Source: Lepidodermella squamata
Lineage: Eukaryota > Animalia > Gastrotricha
NCBI GenBank assembly: GCA_047495785.1
Contig: JBLDXI010000024.1
Span: 3,286,001-3,350,000 of the forward strand
Direction of reading: 5' to 3'
Length of the DNA stretch: 64,000 nucleotides
The translations under genes were made by a program, and so were the position numbers. The first letter of the stretch is position 1. The number at the start of each line of letters is the position of its first letter. Below, piece after piece: positions 24,401 to 37,538 of this stretch. A model generated the notes under the pieces. That model searched no databases. It worked only from the letters and a program-made list of their open reading frames with translations, and was not told where the DNA came from.

Positions 24401-27400
24401 TTGTCGACCGAGGTGAATGACCACATCTATATCATCCAACCTCAGTTTAAGATCACCCTAATTGAGAACATACAAAAATTCACGAAAAACGTTGACAGCT
24501 TCACACAGAAGTACGACTTTCAAGGCCCGATGCAGCCTGGAATCTCGCCGAGAGAGGCATCTGATCGAATGACGGTTTTTCAGTCTGACTTTGACGACCT
24601 ATGGTCTAAGTACCAGTCCTACAGCGCTGGTGAGGTTCTGTTCGGTCTGAATGCTACGCCATACCCAGAACTTCAAAGGATCCGGCGAGAGTTGAGTTTA
24701 CTTCAAAAGCTCTACCAACTGTACAATCAAGTCTTGGAGTCGGTTCAAAGGTACTATGAAATGCCATGGCACGAGTTGAATACAGAGCGGATTAATGTTG
24801 AACTGAATGATTTCCAAAACCGTTGTCGCAAACTCCCGAAAGCTCTGAAGGAATGGAAAGCTTATGAGGATTTGTCGAAGATGGTTACGGACTTCTCAGA
24901 GACTTGCCCTTTGATGGAGCTCATGAATAACAAGGCAATGCAGAAACGACATTGGGAAAGGATTGAAAACCTCACTGGACACAAGTTTAACGTTGAATCT
25001 GAGAGTTTTTGCCTGAGAGACCTTCTCAAAGCGCCTCTCTTGAAATACCGAGAGGATATTGAAGACATCTGCATCTCAGCTGTAAAGGAGAAAGACATTG
25101 AAGCTAAGTTGAAGATCATCATCTCAGAATGGTCGTCACGCCAGTTTTCATTCGCATCCTTCAAAACAAAGGGCGAACTATTGCTGAAGGGTGATACTGT
25201 CGCTGAGATTGTGGCTGCTCTCGAGGACTCTGTAATGGCGTTGGGTGGCCTTATGTCCAACCGATATAATGTTCCATTCAAGCCTCGAATTCAAGAATGG
25301 GTCAATAAGTTATCCCAATGTGGCGAAATCATCGAAAAATGGATGTACGTCCAAAATCTCTGGATCTACCTCGAGGCTGTGTTTGTAGGGGGAGATATTG
25401 CTAAACAGTTACCAGCCGAGGCTAAGCGATTCGCCAACATCGATAAATCTTGGCAAAATGTCATGAGGCACGCTCATGAGAACTCGGCTGTAGTCACCTG
25501 CTGCACTGGGGACGAGACCATGAACCAATTATTGCCTCATCTCAGCGAGCAGCTCGAACTATGCCAGAAATCCTTGGCTGGCTACCTTGAGAAGAAGCGC
25601 CTGCTATTTTCAAGGTTCTTCTTCGTCTCAGACCCTCAACTTCTCGAGATTTTAGGCCAAGCAAGTGATTCTCACACTATTCAAGGCCATCTGCTCTCGA
25701 TTTTTGACAACACCAAGCAAATAAGGTTTGACGAGAAAAACTACGACAAAATCTATGGCATCGTATCAAGCGAGGGTGAGATGATTCAGCTTGAGAATCC
25801 AGTCTACGCCCAAGGCAATGTCGAAAACTGGCTTGCTGAGCTTTTGAAAGAATCTCGTCGTTCGGTTAATGGCGCCATCAAATCAGCTTGGATGGCGATT
25901 CAAGAGAGCACTGCGTTTCGACTTATCGAATTCGAAAATGCTTTCCCAGCACAAATTGGTCTGCTGGGTATCCAAATGATCTGGACCAGAGATTCTGAGG
26001 AGGCGATTTACGCTTCAAAACATGATAAGAAGTCAATGACTAATGCTAATCAGCGATTTCTCGATATCTTAAATGACTTGATCGACGTGACAACTCTTGA
26101 GCTATCTCGCTATGAACGTGTCAAATTCGAAACTCTGATCACAATCCATGTTCACCAGCGTGATATTTTCGATGATTTGGTCAAGGCTCACGTCAAATCT
26201 GTCCATGATTTTGAATGGCTCAAGCAGAGTCGATTCTATTTCAAATACGAGGAGAGCCGATGTGTTGTCTCGATTACAAACGTTGACTTTCCGTATCAAA
26301 ACGAATTTTTGGGCTGTACCGACCGGCTGGTCATCACACCATTGACAGATCGTTGCTACATCACGTTGGCTCAAGCCTTAGGAATGTCGATGGGCGGAGC
26401 TCCAGCAGGTAAGAAAATAATTAATTTATATTTTCAAAAGATATATTACTCTCTAAAACCTCCTCTCCTTACAGGACCTGCTGGGACTGGAAAAACTGAA
26501 ACTGTCAAAGATATGGGTCGATGTCTAGGAAAATACGTAGTCGTCTTTAATTGTTCGGATCAGATGGACTACCGTGGTCTGGGCCGTATATACAAAGGCT
26601 TAGCCCAGTCCGGATCTTGGGGCTGCTTCGACGAGTTCAACCGAATCGATTTACCCGTCCTTTCGGTCGCGGCTCAACAAATCGCTATAATCCTAACCTG
26701 TAAGAAGGAAAAAAGGTCGCAGTTCATATTCACGGATGGCGATGTTGTCGATATGGATCACGAATTTGGGCTATTTCTCACGATGAACCCTGGCTATGCT
26801 GGTCGGCAAGAGTTACCAGAGAATCTAAAGATCAACTTCCGGACTTGCGCGATGATGGTTCCCGACAGAGCGATTATCATGCGAGTTAAGCTAGCTTCTG
26901 CTGGGTTCCAACAAAACGTCATGCTTTCGAAGAAGTTCTACACTTTGTACAAACTTTGCGAGGAGCAATTATCGAAACAAGTTCACTACGACTTCGGCCT
27001 TCGAAACATTCTCTCAGTCCTGAGAACACTTGGGAACGTGAAAAGGAGTAACCCTAATGACGGCGAGCCTTCAATCGTCATGCGAGTGCTGCGTGATATG
27101 AATCTATCGAAATTGGTTGACGAAGACGAGCCACTTTTCCTCAGCCTCATCGAAGACTTATTTCCGAGTCTTGTTCTTCAAAAAGTGACCTACCTGGATA
27201 TGGAGATGGCCATTATCAATCAAATCAATCAGGCTAAGTTGATCAATCACGCTCCTTGGACTCTGAAACTGATCCAGCTATATGAGACGCAGCGAGTCCG
27301 TCATGGAATCATGACTTTGGGACCGACTGGAGCTGGGAAGTCGAAATGTATCGGTGTCTTGCTGAAAGCTATGACAGAATGTGGAACGGTTCACAAGGAA

Positions 27401-30400
27401 TGGAGAATGAATCCCAAGGCTATCACTGCTCCTCAAATGTTTGGTCGGCTTGATGGTAAGTCATCTAGGTAGCGTGGCCGAGTGGTCTAAGGCGCTAGAT
27501 TTAGGCTCTAGTCTCTTCGGAGGCGTGGGTTCGAACCCCACCGCTGCCAGTAATTTTTTCAAAAGCATAACTCGAAATATCTCGTTTTATTGCTCATCTG
27601 ACTTCTGAGAACTATGAAAACTCCATTCTTTAATATTTTGTTTACCCAGCCAGATGATAAGGATCAGTGGGCATAGTCCTATTCCAGCCACGAAGAAAAA
27701 TGTGTAGCCTCGCAGTAGGTAATCAACAAAACTTGACTCATTAGTCGATTGTGATACCAAAGCTCCGTAGATAGCATTAAAAGCCACACTCGCAGTTAGG
27801 AAGCAAACATTTTCAACGACAGCAACAACCGAAAACAGTCGACCCATCTCGTCCTTCTGCGATAGTTTCGACATGCCTGATCTCAAACCTAGGATAGGCA
27901 ATGGGCCAAACATATTGAGGACAGCAAAGGCCCATGGCGACCATTTTGGATAGAAAGCTCCAAATCCTATTGCAATTAAACCCAAAATGCGGCTGATGAT
28001 ACCGGTAACAGAAATTGCTGCATCTGAGAACGGGAAAACTCCACATAACCATTTCATGCGAAAGAATCGAACCAATATTATCAGTGGTATTCCTGTTAGG
28101 AGCGAGTAAATTGCAACAAACAAGGCGTAGTCGAATTCGCTAATAGATATTGGCTGATGGGTTAGGAAAGCGTAAACAACAGCCTGCAGGCACATGTAGC
28201 CGTAAATTATGGCGACAAAGCCATACGTAAGGAGCATGATCAGTCTATACCTCGAAGACTTCTCCGACCAGTTGAATATAGATTTGAAAGACTCGACTAT
28301 AATTGTTTGAGGCGTGCAAAGATATCTGAGCCATGAACCATTCGCTTCCAAGTTCACCTTCTCTCTAACTCCCTTCAAGTTTTTCAGTTCAGGCACGAAA
28401 GCGATGGTGCAAACAATAGCAAATAGGCTCAGAGCGATTTGGACCACGAAGGCAAGTAAGTAGTTTGAGCTGAAGAAGAAAGCGTTTGTTAGTGATCCTA
28501 GGGATTGACCGACCACTATTGAGCCTTGAACTATACCGAGTCTCAGAGTTCGATTCGCATCCGTAGTTACGCAGCTAACATAGGACGAACTAGCTGCTAT
28601 CTCTGTCGCCGTAAATCCGACTATTCCTAGAATTATTGAAACGAACCCAAGATAGACGGGATTCATTGTCGAATTGATTGCAGGCGCATAATAGTAGCCA
28701 AGATACATTAGGGTGACTAGAATGTTGCCAACATGCGGTAGAATCAAGGGTATCCGATGTGAGAACCGATCGCACCACATTCCCATGATTATGATTGCCA
28801 ACATAGCTGGTGGCCATATCACGACACTCGTTATAGTGCTGAAGGTCTCATAATCGACTTGAACTTGGTTTTCTTGTTTAGATAATTGCGGGTTCTTGTC
28901 GATTTGAGCGCAGATAGCATCGCTGTTGTTGAATTTATACAGGCAAATGCGTTCGTAGATGAATTGTTGTTGAGCGGGAGAGAATAAACCGAAACCAAAT
29001 GAGAAGAGGAACAGCGGTATTTCAACACTCAAAATTGGAGCTTTTTTGGCAGGAGGTTTTGATTTCTTCTCATCCATCTTAAGCGAGAAACCTCAACATG
29101 TCTTTTTAAGCTTGAGCTTAAGCTTAATGCGAATTCCATAAGCACAATTTTGAAAGATAAGCGTTGGAGATAAGTTGAGGTCTTATCTCTATGAGTCCTG
29201 GGAAATCAAGGACGTTTACTGGACATGAATAAGTCGTTCTTTTTCAGTTGCAACCAATGACTGGACCGATGGTATATTTTCAACCTTATGGCGCAAGTCT
29301 CTCAAGATCAAACGATCCGAAACCGTATGGATTATTCTTGACGGCCCTGTTGATGCAATTTGGATCGAAAACTTGAACTCCGTACTCGACGATAATAAAA
29401 CGCTTACTTTAGCCAATGGAGACCGTATTCCCATGGCTCCAAACTGCAAATTGGTTTTTGAGGTCGATATCATTGATAACGCCTCCCCGGCCACGGTATC
29501 GAGAATGGGCATGGTTTACATGTCGAGCTCCCAACTTGACTGGCGTCCGATTCTGAAAGCGTGGGCACTGAAACGACCTTCATTCCAGGAGAAAGTCATA
29601 TTTTCTGCATTCGAAAGTTGTTTCAATGAGCTATACATCGCAACAAGCCAGGTCTTAACGCCTAAAATGAACGCGTTAGAATGCCTTTATATCCGTCAGG
29701 CGATTGATATCTTGGAGGGATTGCTGATACCACTGGAAGAAATGCGAGATATCCGCGAGATTCATCTTCAACGCATGGTCATGTTTTCTATAATGTGGTC
29801 ACTCGGGGCTCTATTAGAGCTCCCAGATCGGCTCCGTCTCGAGGAAACGTGGCGAGGTCTGACCGCCGTGAAAAAAATCCTACCGCCCCAAAGCGAAGAG
29901 AGGACGATTTTCGACTACAAAGTCAGTGATGATGGGGAATGGTCACATTGGTCGGAACACGTCCCAGATTACAACTACCCGAAGGACATCACGCCAGATT
30001 ATACATCGATTGTAGTACCGAGCGTTGATAATGTACGCACAGATTTCTTGATCAGCTTAATCGCGAAGCAGTCAAAGGCTGTTCTGTTGATTGGCGAGAC
30101 TGGATCGGGGAAAACTGTCATCGTGAAAGCTCACGGCGCGAAGTACAATGCAGAGCAACATGTGTTCAAGGTAAATCAATGCTTATTTGATGCTTCTATC
30201 TAAGATTTTTCTCAATTCCAGGCTTTCAACTTTTCATCAGCCACAACCCCCATGATGGTGCAAAGGACCATCGAATCTTACGTTGATAAGCGAGTTGGGA
30301 CAACTTATGGTCCACCATCCGGCAAGAAAATGACCATATTCATCGACGATATCAACATGCCTGTTATCAACGAATGGGGTGACCAAGTTACTAATGAAAT

Positions 30401-33400
30401 AACTCGGCAGCTTATGGAACAAACTGGGTTCTATAACCTTGAAAAACCTGGCGAGTTTACCAGCCTCATCGATATTCAACTTCTAGCCGCCATGCCTCAC
30501 CCTGGTGGGGGTCGTAATGATATACCTAATCGTTTGAAAAGACAGTTCAACATCTTCAATTGCACATTGCCATCAAATGCTTCGATAGACAAGATCTTCG
30601 GCAGCTTGGCCACGGGACATTTCTGCAGCGAGCGTAATTTCTCTGAGCCAGTGGTGCAAATTATACAACAGCTGGTTCCGATAACCAGAAAAGTCTGGCA
30701 ACGGGTTAAGCAACGAATGTTGCCCACCCCTGCTAAGTTCCACTATGTTTTCAACCTTCGTGATCTTAGCCGTATCTGGCAGGGAATGCTTTGTGTTACT
30801 GGTGACGTCATTACTAGTGTTCAGATTGCTCTGGGGCTTTGGAAACACGAATGTTACCGTGTCATTGCAGATCGATTCACTACAGCTCTGGATAAGGATT
30901 GGTTCGAGAAGAATTTGAAGGGCATTGTCGAAGAAGATATGGGCCCGGAACTGGCCTCCCTGCTTCCGCTTGATCCTATTTTCGCAGACTTCTTACGGGA
31001 CGCACCCGACGGCAACACGTCTGCCAGCCAGATGAGCCAGCCGAAGGCAAGTGTAGCTGAGGATACGACTGGCCCTGAGGAGATCGATTACGAAGCTCCG
31101 AAGATCTATGAACCTGTTGCATCACTCGATGAGCTTCGTGATCGGCTCCACACCTTCATGTTTCAATACAATGAAGCTTTACGAGGCGCAAATATGGATC
31201 TTGTCTTCTTCAAAGACGCTATGACTAACCTACTTCGGATCTCAAGAATCATCAGAACCCCAAGAGGAAACGCTCTGTTAGTGGGTGTCGGAGGTTCTGG
31301 GAAGCAAAGTTTGACTCGGCTTGCTTCTTTCATCGCTGGGTACAAGACCTTCCAGATCACACTGAACCGAGCATATGGTATTGCGAACCTGATGGATGAC
31401 TTGAAGTACCTGTTCCGATCTGCTGGTAACGAAGGGAAAGGCGTTACATTCATCTTCACGGATAATGAAATCAAAGACGAAGCTTTCCTTGAATACATGA
31501 ATAACGTTTTAGCTTCGGGCGAGGTTTCGAATCTCTTCACGAGGGATGAGCTAGATGAAATGATGGGAGAGCTGATTCCCATCATGAAGAAAGCTCATCC
31601 AAGGCGTCCTCCTTCTTCAGAGAATCTATACGATTTCTATCTATCACGAGTTCGAACGAACCTCCACGTCGTTCTCTGCTTCAGCCCAGTCGGAGAAAAG
31701 TTCAGATCGCGATCTCTAAAGTTTCCAAGCCTCATTTCAGGTTAAGAACGATTTTACCACCCCATTTTTCCTAACCTTTCTTCTATCCAGGTTGCACCAT
31801 AAACTGGTTCCAGAGATGGCCTAAAGATGCCCTTCAAGCAGTTAGTCGCCATTTCCTTAGCGATTTCGATATGGTTTGCTCCGCTGCGGTTAAGACATCA
31901 GTTATGAACGTTATGGGCGATTTTCAAGACATTGTCGCTGAAATGTCAACCGACTACTTCGATCGATTCCGCCGCCAAACCAGCGTAACGCCCAAGTCAT
32001 ACCTTTCATTCATAGCTGGTTACAAGACGATCTACGCTCAAAAACGAGCTGAAATTGGGTTGTTATCTGCCCGAATGAATTCCGGCCTGAAGAAGCTAGT
32101 TGAAGCTACTCACGCTGTCAATGATCTCAGCAAGCAACTAGTTCAAAAGGAAAAGGAACTCGCTGTAGCTTCGGAGGAGGCTGATGCAGTGTTAGCCGAC
32201 GTAACTGTCTCTGCAAAAGCTGCCGAGGCTGTTAAAAAGCAAGTCCAAATCGTCAAGGATAAGGCCCAAAGCCTGTATGACCTCATCATGTCTGATAAGG
32301 AGTACGCTGAGGGTAAACTTGAAGCTGCTAAGCCAGCCCTTGCCGAAGCTGAGGCTGCTTTGCAAACAATCAAGCCAACCCATATCGCAACAGTTCGAAA
32401 ACTTGGAAAGCCTCCTCATCTCATCATGAGAATCATGGATTGTGTCCTGTTACTTTTCCAACGTCATTTGGACCCAGTCGTGCAAGACCCTGAACGTCCC
32501 TGTCCGAAACCCTCATGGGGCGAGGCTCTTCGTTTAATGGGCGGTAACCTGTTACAGGGCTTGCTCAACTTCCCGAAAGATGTGATTAACGACGAAACTG
32601 TTGAGTTGATGGCGCCGTATTTCGAAATGGAGGACTACAACATGGAGAATGCAAAGAAAGTGTGTGGCGATGTGGCTGGGCTTTGTTCCTGGACGAGGGC
32701 TATGGCTGTGTTCTTCAGCATTAATAAGGAAGTTTTGCCGCTAAAGGCTAATCTGGCAATCCAAGAAGCAAGACTAGCTGAGGCGGAGAAGAAGCTGAAG
32801 ATTGCCCAGGGTCAGTTGGACGAGAAACAACGAGAGTTAGATGCAGTCATGGCTTTGTACAATGGAGCCCTGGCGAAGAAGCAAACTCTTATTGAAGATG
32901 CTGAGTCCTGTCGACGGAAAATGAATAATGCGATGCTTCTCATTGACGGCAAGTGACAATTATTATGCCGATTCGCAGAATGTTGAACCTTTTTTCCAGG
33001 CCTTGCGGGCGAAAAAATTCGCTGGACTGAAGCTAGTAGGCTGTTCGAGTCTCAAATAAGCAGGTTTGTTATCTTTTTTCCGTTTTCCGTTTTCAGGATC
33101 ACATCAAGTAAAGCCTTTTCAAATTAATGAAATGAATTTTCGAATGCTATCTAGCCTCGATTGGGATTCGGAACTAGAGGAGGGAGACATCCCAGAATGG
33201 TTTATTTGCCTTTTGCATAGCCAGCTTTGCGCCTGGTCAAAAAACTCCTTGTTTATTGCTTACTGCTTAGCTTTCCATTGTCCTTAATTACTTGATCACA
33301 ATGTATTCTTTATTAATTGAAGGCTGGTTGGAGATGTGATGCTTGCAACTGGATTCCTGTCCTATGCCGGACCTTTCAATCAAGAATTCCGCAGCTTGCT

Positions 33401-36400
33401 CCTTAAAAAATGGAAGAGGGAGATGAGTCATCAAAGAATCCCCCATACGGATGATCTGAAAATCATCGAGGTTAGCAGAGAATATTTCTACAGGAAACTT
33501 ACTACATTTGGTTCTTATTAGATGCTGGTTGATGCTGCTACCATCGGCGAGTGGAACATTCAAGGTTTGCCGAACGATGAACTGTCAATGCAGAACGGCT
33601 TGATCGTCACGAAATCGACTCGATATCCGCTTCTCATCGACCCCCAAGGCCAGGGCAAAACTTGGATTAAGAATCGAGAATTTCCTAATGACATGCAAGT
33701 GACATCGTTGAATCACAAGTACTTCCGCCAGCATTTGGAAGATGCCTTAGGCTTTGGTCGGCCTTTATTGATCGAGGATATAGGCGAGGAGCTTGACCCC
33801 ATTCTGGACAACGTGCTGGAGAAGAACTTCATACGATCAGGTTCCAGAATGAAAGTCAAACTCGGCGATCGAGAAGTCGACCTTCTTGAAGGTACAACTT
33901 CTTTCAAACCACAGAATGTGATTACAATATGTTTATCAGGTTTTCGGCTCTACATGACAACAAAACTTGCCAATCCGGTTTATCGGCCGGAAATTGCTGC
34001 CCGAACTGCAATTATCGATTTCACAGTTACAATGCGAGGTTTGGAGGACCAGCTGTTGAGTATTGTCATTGTCACTGAGAAATCTGAACTGGAACGAGCT
34101 AGGAAAGAGCTTGCTGAGGAGGTTATGGCAAACAAACGCAAAATGAAAGAATTGGAGGACAATTTGCTGTATCGTCTCACAAGTACCGAAGGATCTCTAG
34201 TCGATGACGAGCGGCTCATTGAGGTGCTACATACCACTAAATCAACAGCGGAGGAGGTCAAGGAAAAGCTCAGAATCGCGGGTGAAACTGAAGTTCAAAT
34301 CACTTCGGCGCGAGAGGAGTTCCGCCCAGTTGCCGCCCGTGGGTCGATCCTGTATTTCCTCATAGTAGAGATGAGTTTGGTCAACGTCATGTACCAAACA
34401 TCACTGAAGCAATTTTTGGGAATCTTCGAAAATTCTATGGCTAAATCGGCCCGCTCGCCGTATACTAACAAGCGTATTCAGAATATTATCGACTATTTGA
34501 CCTACGATGTGTTCAAATATACGTGCCGAGGTTTGTATGAACGGGACAAGTTCATGTTCTCCCTACAAATGGCTGTCAAAGTTCAACTGCAACAGAAAAT
34601 GATTCGGCCGGATGAATTTCAGGTATTCATCAAGGGAGGAGCAGCACTGGATCTAAATGCTGTTGAACCGAAGCCGAAGCGATGGATCACTGATATGACA
34701 TGGCTTAATTTGGGTAAGTTTTAACAAGGTAGCGTGGCCGAGTGGTCTAAGGCGCTAGATTTAGGCTCTAGTCTCTTCGGAGGCGTGGGTTCGAACCCCA
34801 CCGCTGCCAATTTTTAAACTCCTGAATTTGTTTTTAGTTGCTCTGTCCCATTTGCTGCAATTCTCTAACATCCTACGACAAGTAACCGAAAACGACAGAG
34901 GTTGGCGTAACTGGTTCGATAGCGAAGCCCCCGAGGAGACTCCGATACCTGATGGCTACCATCAACTTGGAACATGGCACAAGCTGCTTCTAGTTCGAAG
35001 TTGGTGCCCTGACCGCACGGCTCCTATGGCTAGACGATACGTCGCAGAAGCGCTAGGTGACGCTTTTGCCGAGGGCGTTATGGTGAGCTGGGACAGTCTG
35101 TTCGAAGAGAGTAACACAAAAACACCGTTAGTCGCTCTATTGTCGACTGGCTCTGACCCAACGGACGACATTGAAAAACTTGGGAAACGGCTGGAAATAG
35201 CGACTGGGTCTATATCGATGGGCCAAGGTCAGGAATTTCATGCGAGAAAGCTCTTACAACAAAGCATGATGGATGGCAGGTTCCTTTTGCTTCAAAACTG
35301 CCATTTAAGCTTGCCTTTCATGGATGAATTACTTGAAAGTCTGAACGAAGCTCAGGGCGTGCATGAGGACTTCAGATGTTGGATAACAACAGAGCCTCAC
35401 CCGAATTTCCCGATCAATTTGCTTCAAGTCAGCATAAAGTTCACGAATGAACCACCTCAAGGTGTCAAGGCTGGTCTAAGGCGAACATATGGTGGTCTGA
35501 CCCAGGAACTGTTGGACTATACCAACACTCATCAATGGAAACCGATGTTGTACGCGGTCGCTTTCCTGCATACCGCCGTTCAAGAGCGGCGAAAATTCGG
35601 CCCGATCGGGTGGAACATTCCTTACGAGTTCAATCAAGCTGATTTTACTTCAACTGTTCAGTTCGTTCAAAATCATTTGGACGACATGGATCCGAAGAAG
35701 GGTGTAAGTTGGACGACTGTTTCTTACATGATAGGCGAGGTCCAGTATGGTGGTCGAGTTACGGACGATTTCGACAAGCGACTCTTGAATACCTACGCCA
35801 GAGTTTGGTTTCGAGATGCGATGTTCACTGACCTCTTCGAGTTTGGCAAAGGCTACAAAATACCAAGAGGAAATCGTCTCGATGACTACCGATATGCTAT
35901 TGAACAAATGGCCCAAGTTGACTCGCCTGAATGGTAAACTTTTTGGCCTCATTTCGGACATTAATAACTGATTTTTGTTTAGTTTTGGGCTTCACACTAA
36001 CGCCGATATCATCTATCAAACGAACACTGCTAATCAAATGCTGTCGACAATCATGTCAATCCAACCTAAAGATGCTACGTCAGGGAGCGGGGAGACTCGC
36101 GAGGCCACCGTGTACCGCCTCGCTGAAGATATGTTGGGGAAACTGCCTAATGACTACAACCCGCATGATATTCGCGAACGGCTGCGTAAGTTAGGCCACC
36201 TCCAGCCACTTAATATCTTCCTACGACAAGAAATCGCTAGAATGCAGCGAGTTATCAGTGCAGTTCGTTCCACATTAACCGATCTACGCCTCGCAATCGA
36301 TGGTACCATTATCATGAATGAAGCGCTGAAAGATGCGTTGGATGCACTGTTCGACGCTAGAATTCCAACCAGCTGGAGTAGGATATCATGGGACTCGGCC

Positions 36401-36925
36401 ACTCTTGGTTTTTGGTTCACAGATCTTCTGGATCGAAACTCACAATATTCCACGTGGATCACAAATCAGCGGCCAGATTGCTTCTGGCTCACCGGGTTTT
36501 TCAACCCTCAAGGTTTCCTAACTGCTATGAGGCAGGAAATAGCTCGTTTGCATAAAGGCTGGGCGTTAGATGCCGTAGTCTTGGCAAATGATGTGACCAA
36601 GATGTCTAAAGAGGATGTTAGTCATGGACCTGTTGAAGGTGTCTACATCTACGGTTTGCAACTGGAAGGCGCAGCGTGGGATCGCAGGAACAGCCGACTT
36701 GTAGAGTCGCACCCAAAAGTCCTGTACTCGACTATGCCTGTGATTTGGGTCTACGCAATCAATGCGGAGAATAAAGTTAAATCTAACAGTTTCTACGACT
36801 GCCCTGTCTACAAGAAACCACGCCGAACTGATCTGACGTACATTTTCCCGCTACAGCTGAGGACGACAAAGGACCCGGACCATTGGACTTTGAGAGGCGT
36901 GGCGCTTCTTTGTGACACAAAGTGA
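18403..36925 (+). CDS. DNAH5: Axonemal outer-arm dynein heavy chain, gamma type (DNAH5/DNAH8-like), multi-exon
   Basis: P-loops [24 protein letters not shown] and GVGGSGKQ, plus CFDEFNR, stalk/MTBD and C-terminus [13 protein letters not shown]. ORFs join through short introns. First exons 18403-18609 and 18817-18987. DNAH5 versus DNAH8 orthology is not resolved. Confidence 0.95.
19188..20277 (+). repeat. ~70 bp direct repeats (19188-19267, 20208-20277) bracketing a ~940 bp insert in dynein intron 2
   Basis: CTAGAC(C)AAAAAAGCCCACAA..TTCTATGCCCGAAATAATT.AAATTAATTTAAAATAA..AGAATTTTGA occurs twice. Confidence 0.85.
27468..27549 (+). tRNA. tRNA-Leu (anticodon UAG), intronic
   Basis: 82 nt cloverleaf GGTAGCGTGGCCGAGTGGTCTAAGG..CTAGA-TTTAGGC-TCTAG..long variable arm..GGTTCGAACCC..GCTGCCA, followed by a T6 terminator. 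Confidence 0.97.
27587..29077 (-). CDS. MFS transporter, SLC46/PCFT (folate/heme carrier)-like; intronless, nested in a dynein intron
   Basis: 496 aa with ~12 hydrophobic segments, VEIPLFLF, Cys-containing first loop, G.WCDRFSHR and RSGMSKL..E.GRLFS..A..E. Lies within intron 27456-29247. Confidence 0.9.
   Translation of the reverse strand: MDEKKSKPPAKKAPILSVEIPLFLFSFGFGLFSPAQQQFIYERICLYKFNNSDAICAQIDKNPQLSKQENQVQVDYETFSTITSVVIWPPAMLAIIIMGMWCDRFSHRIPLILPHVGNILVTLMYLGYYYAPAINSTMNPVYLGFVSIILGIVGFTATEIAASSSYVSCVTTDANRTLRLGIVQGSIVVGQSLGSLTNAFFFSSNYLLAFVVQIALSLFAIVCTIAFVPELKNLKGVREKVNLEANGSWLRYLCTPQTIIVESFKSIFNWSEKSSRYRLIMLLTYGFVAIIYGYMCLQAVVYAFLTHQPISISEFDYALFVAIYSLLTGIPLIILVRFFRMKWLCGVFPFSDAAISVTGIISRILGLIAIGFGAFYPKWSPWAFAVLNMFGPLPILGLRSGMSKLSQKDEMGRLFSVVAVVENVCFLTASVAFNAIYGALVSQSTNESSFVDYLLRGYTFFFVAGIGLCPLILIIWLGKQNIKEWSFHSSQKSDEQ
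34728..34809 (+). tRNA. tRNA-Leu (anticodon UAG), intronic, identical to 27468-27549
   Basis: Identical 82 nt sequence with a T5 terminator, inside intron 34714-34837. Confidence 0.97.
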
Positions 36926-37538
36926 TGACAATTCAGCACTGTTATTGCCACAAATGGAGAGTTAATGTTACACATTAAGATGGATATTATTGCTCACGCT
37001 GTTTCACATCCTAGAATTTCAAAACATCTTGATTTCTCGCCTCGTTATTGGCTGATTCGATGAAGACTCACAAATAAAGGTGTCACTTGATTCTGAACAA
37101 GACTTTTTCAAATTGAAAATGAAAATTATCAAGATCTGGACCAATTCCTGATTCGCCGTAGCAAAAAAATCCCGTTACCTTATTTCAGCTAATTATTTCT
37201 TCCCATAGAATACAACAATCGATGTTAGAGAGGCGACGAGTGTGATCTCAATTGCATGAATCATGTTTTTTAAAAAAGGGCAAAACATAGTATGTTTAAT
37301 GTCTTTTTAATGGTTAGTAACAATTTCATTCACTTAACAAAAAAAGGAATTTAAACTAGACTCAAATTGTTTTGCTTTCCTGTTAACTGCTAAGCTTTCC
37401 AGCTGCTAGCAAATTAAAATACCAGCGAATTCAGAAATAATGACATCTGTGAATCTCATTAAAGAACACGCAATCAGTTTTGCGCAAACAAGTCAATGGG
37501 ATTTTTAGGAGTAATTCGAGGACGTTTCCAAGAAACAT

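Noticed and set aside
26409-26474. Apparent 22-aa insertion at the AAA1 Walker A motif
   Set aside because: It is a 66-nt GT-AG intron without a stop codon; similar in-frame introns occur at ~33892-33939 and ~42851-42901.
27468-34809. Intronic tRNAs as SINE heads
   Set aside because: Full-length intact cloverleafs with terminators and no shared tail or TSD.
20539-36521. Many short antisense or alternate-frame ORFs over dynein exons (likewise over other long CDSs)
   Set aside because: Shadows of the real coding frame with no independent motifs.
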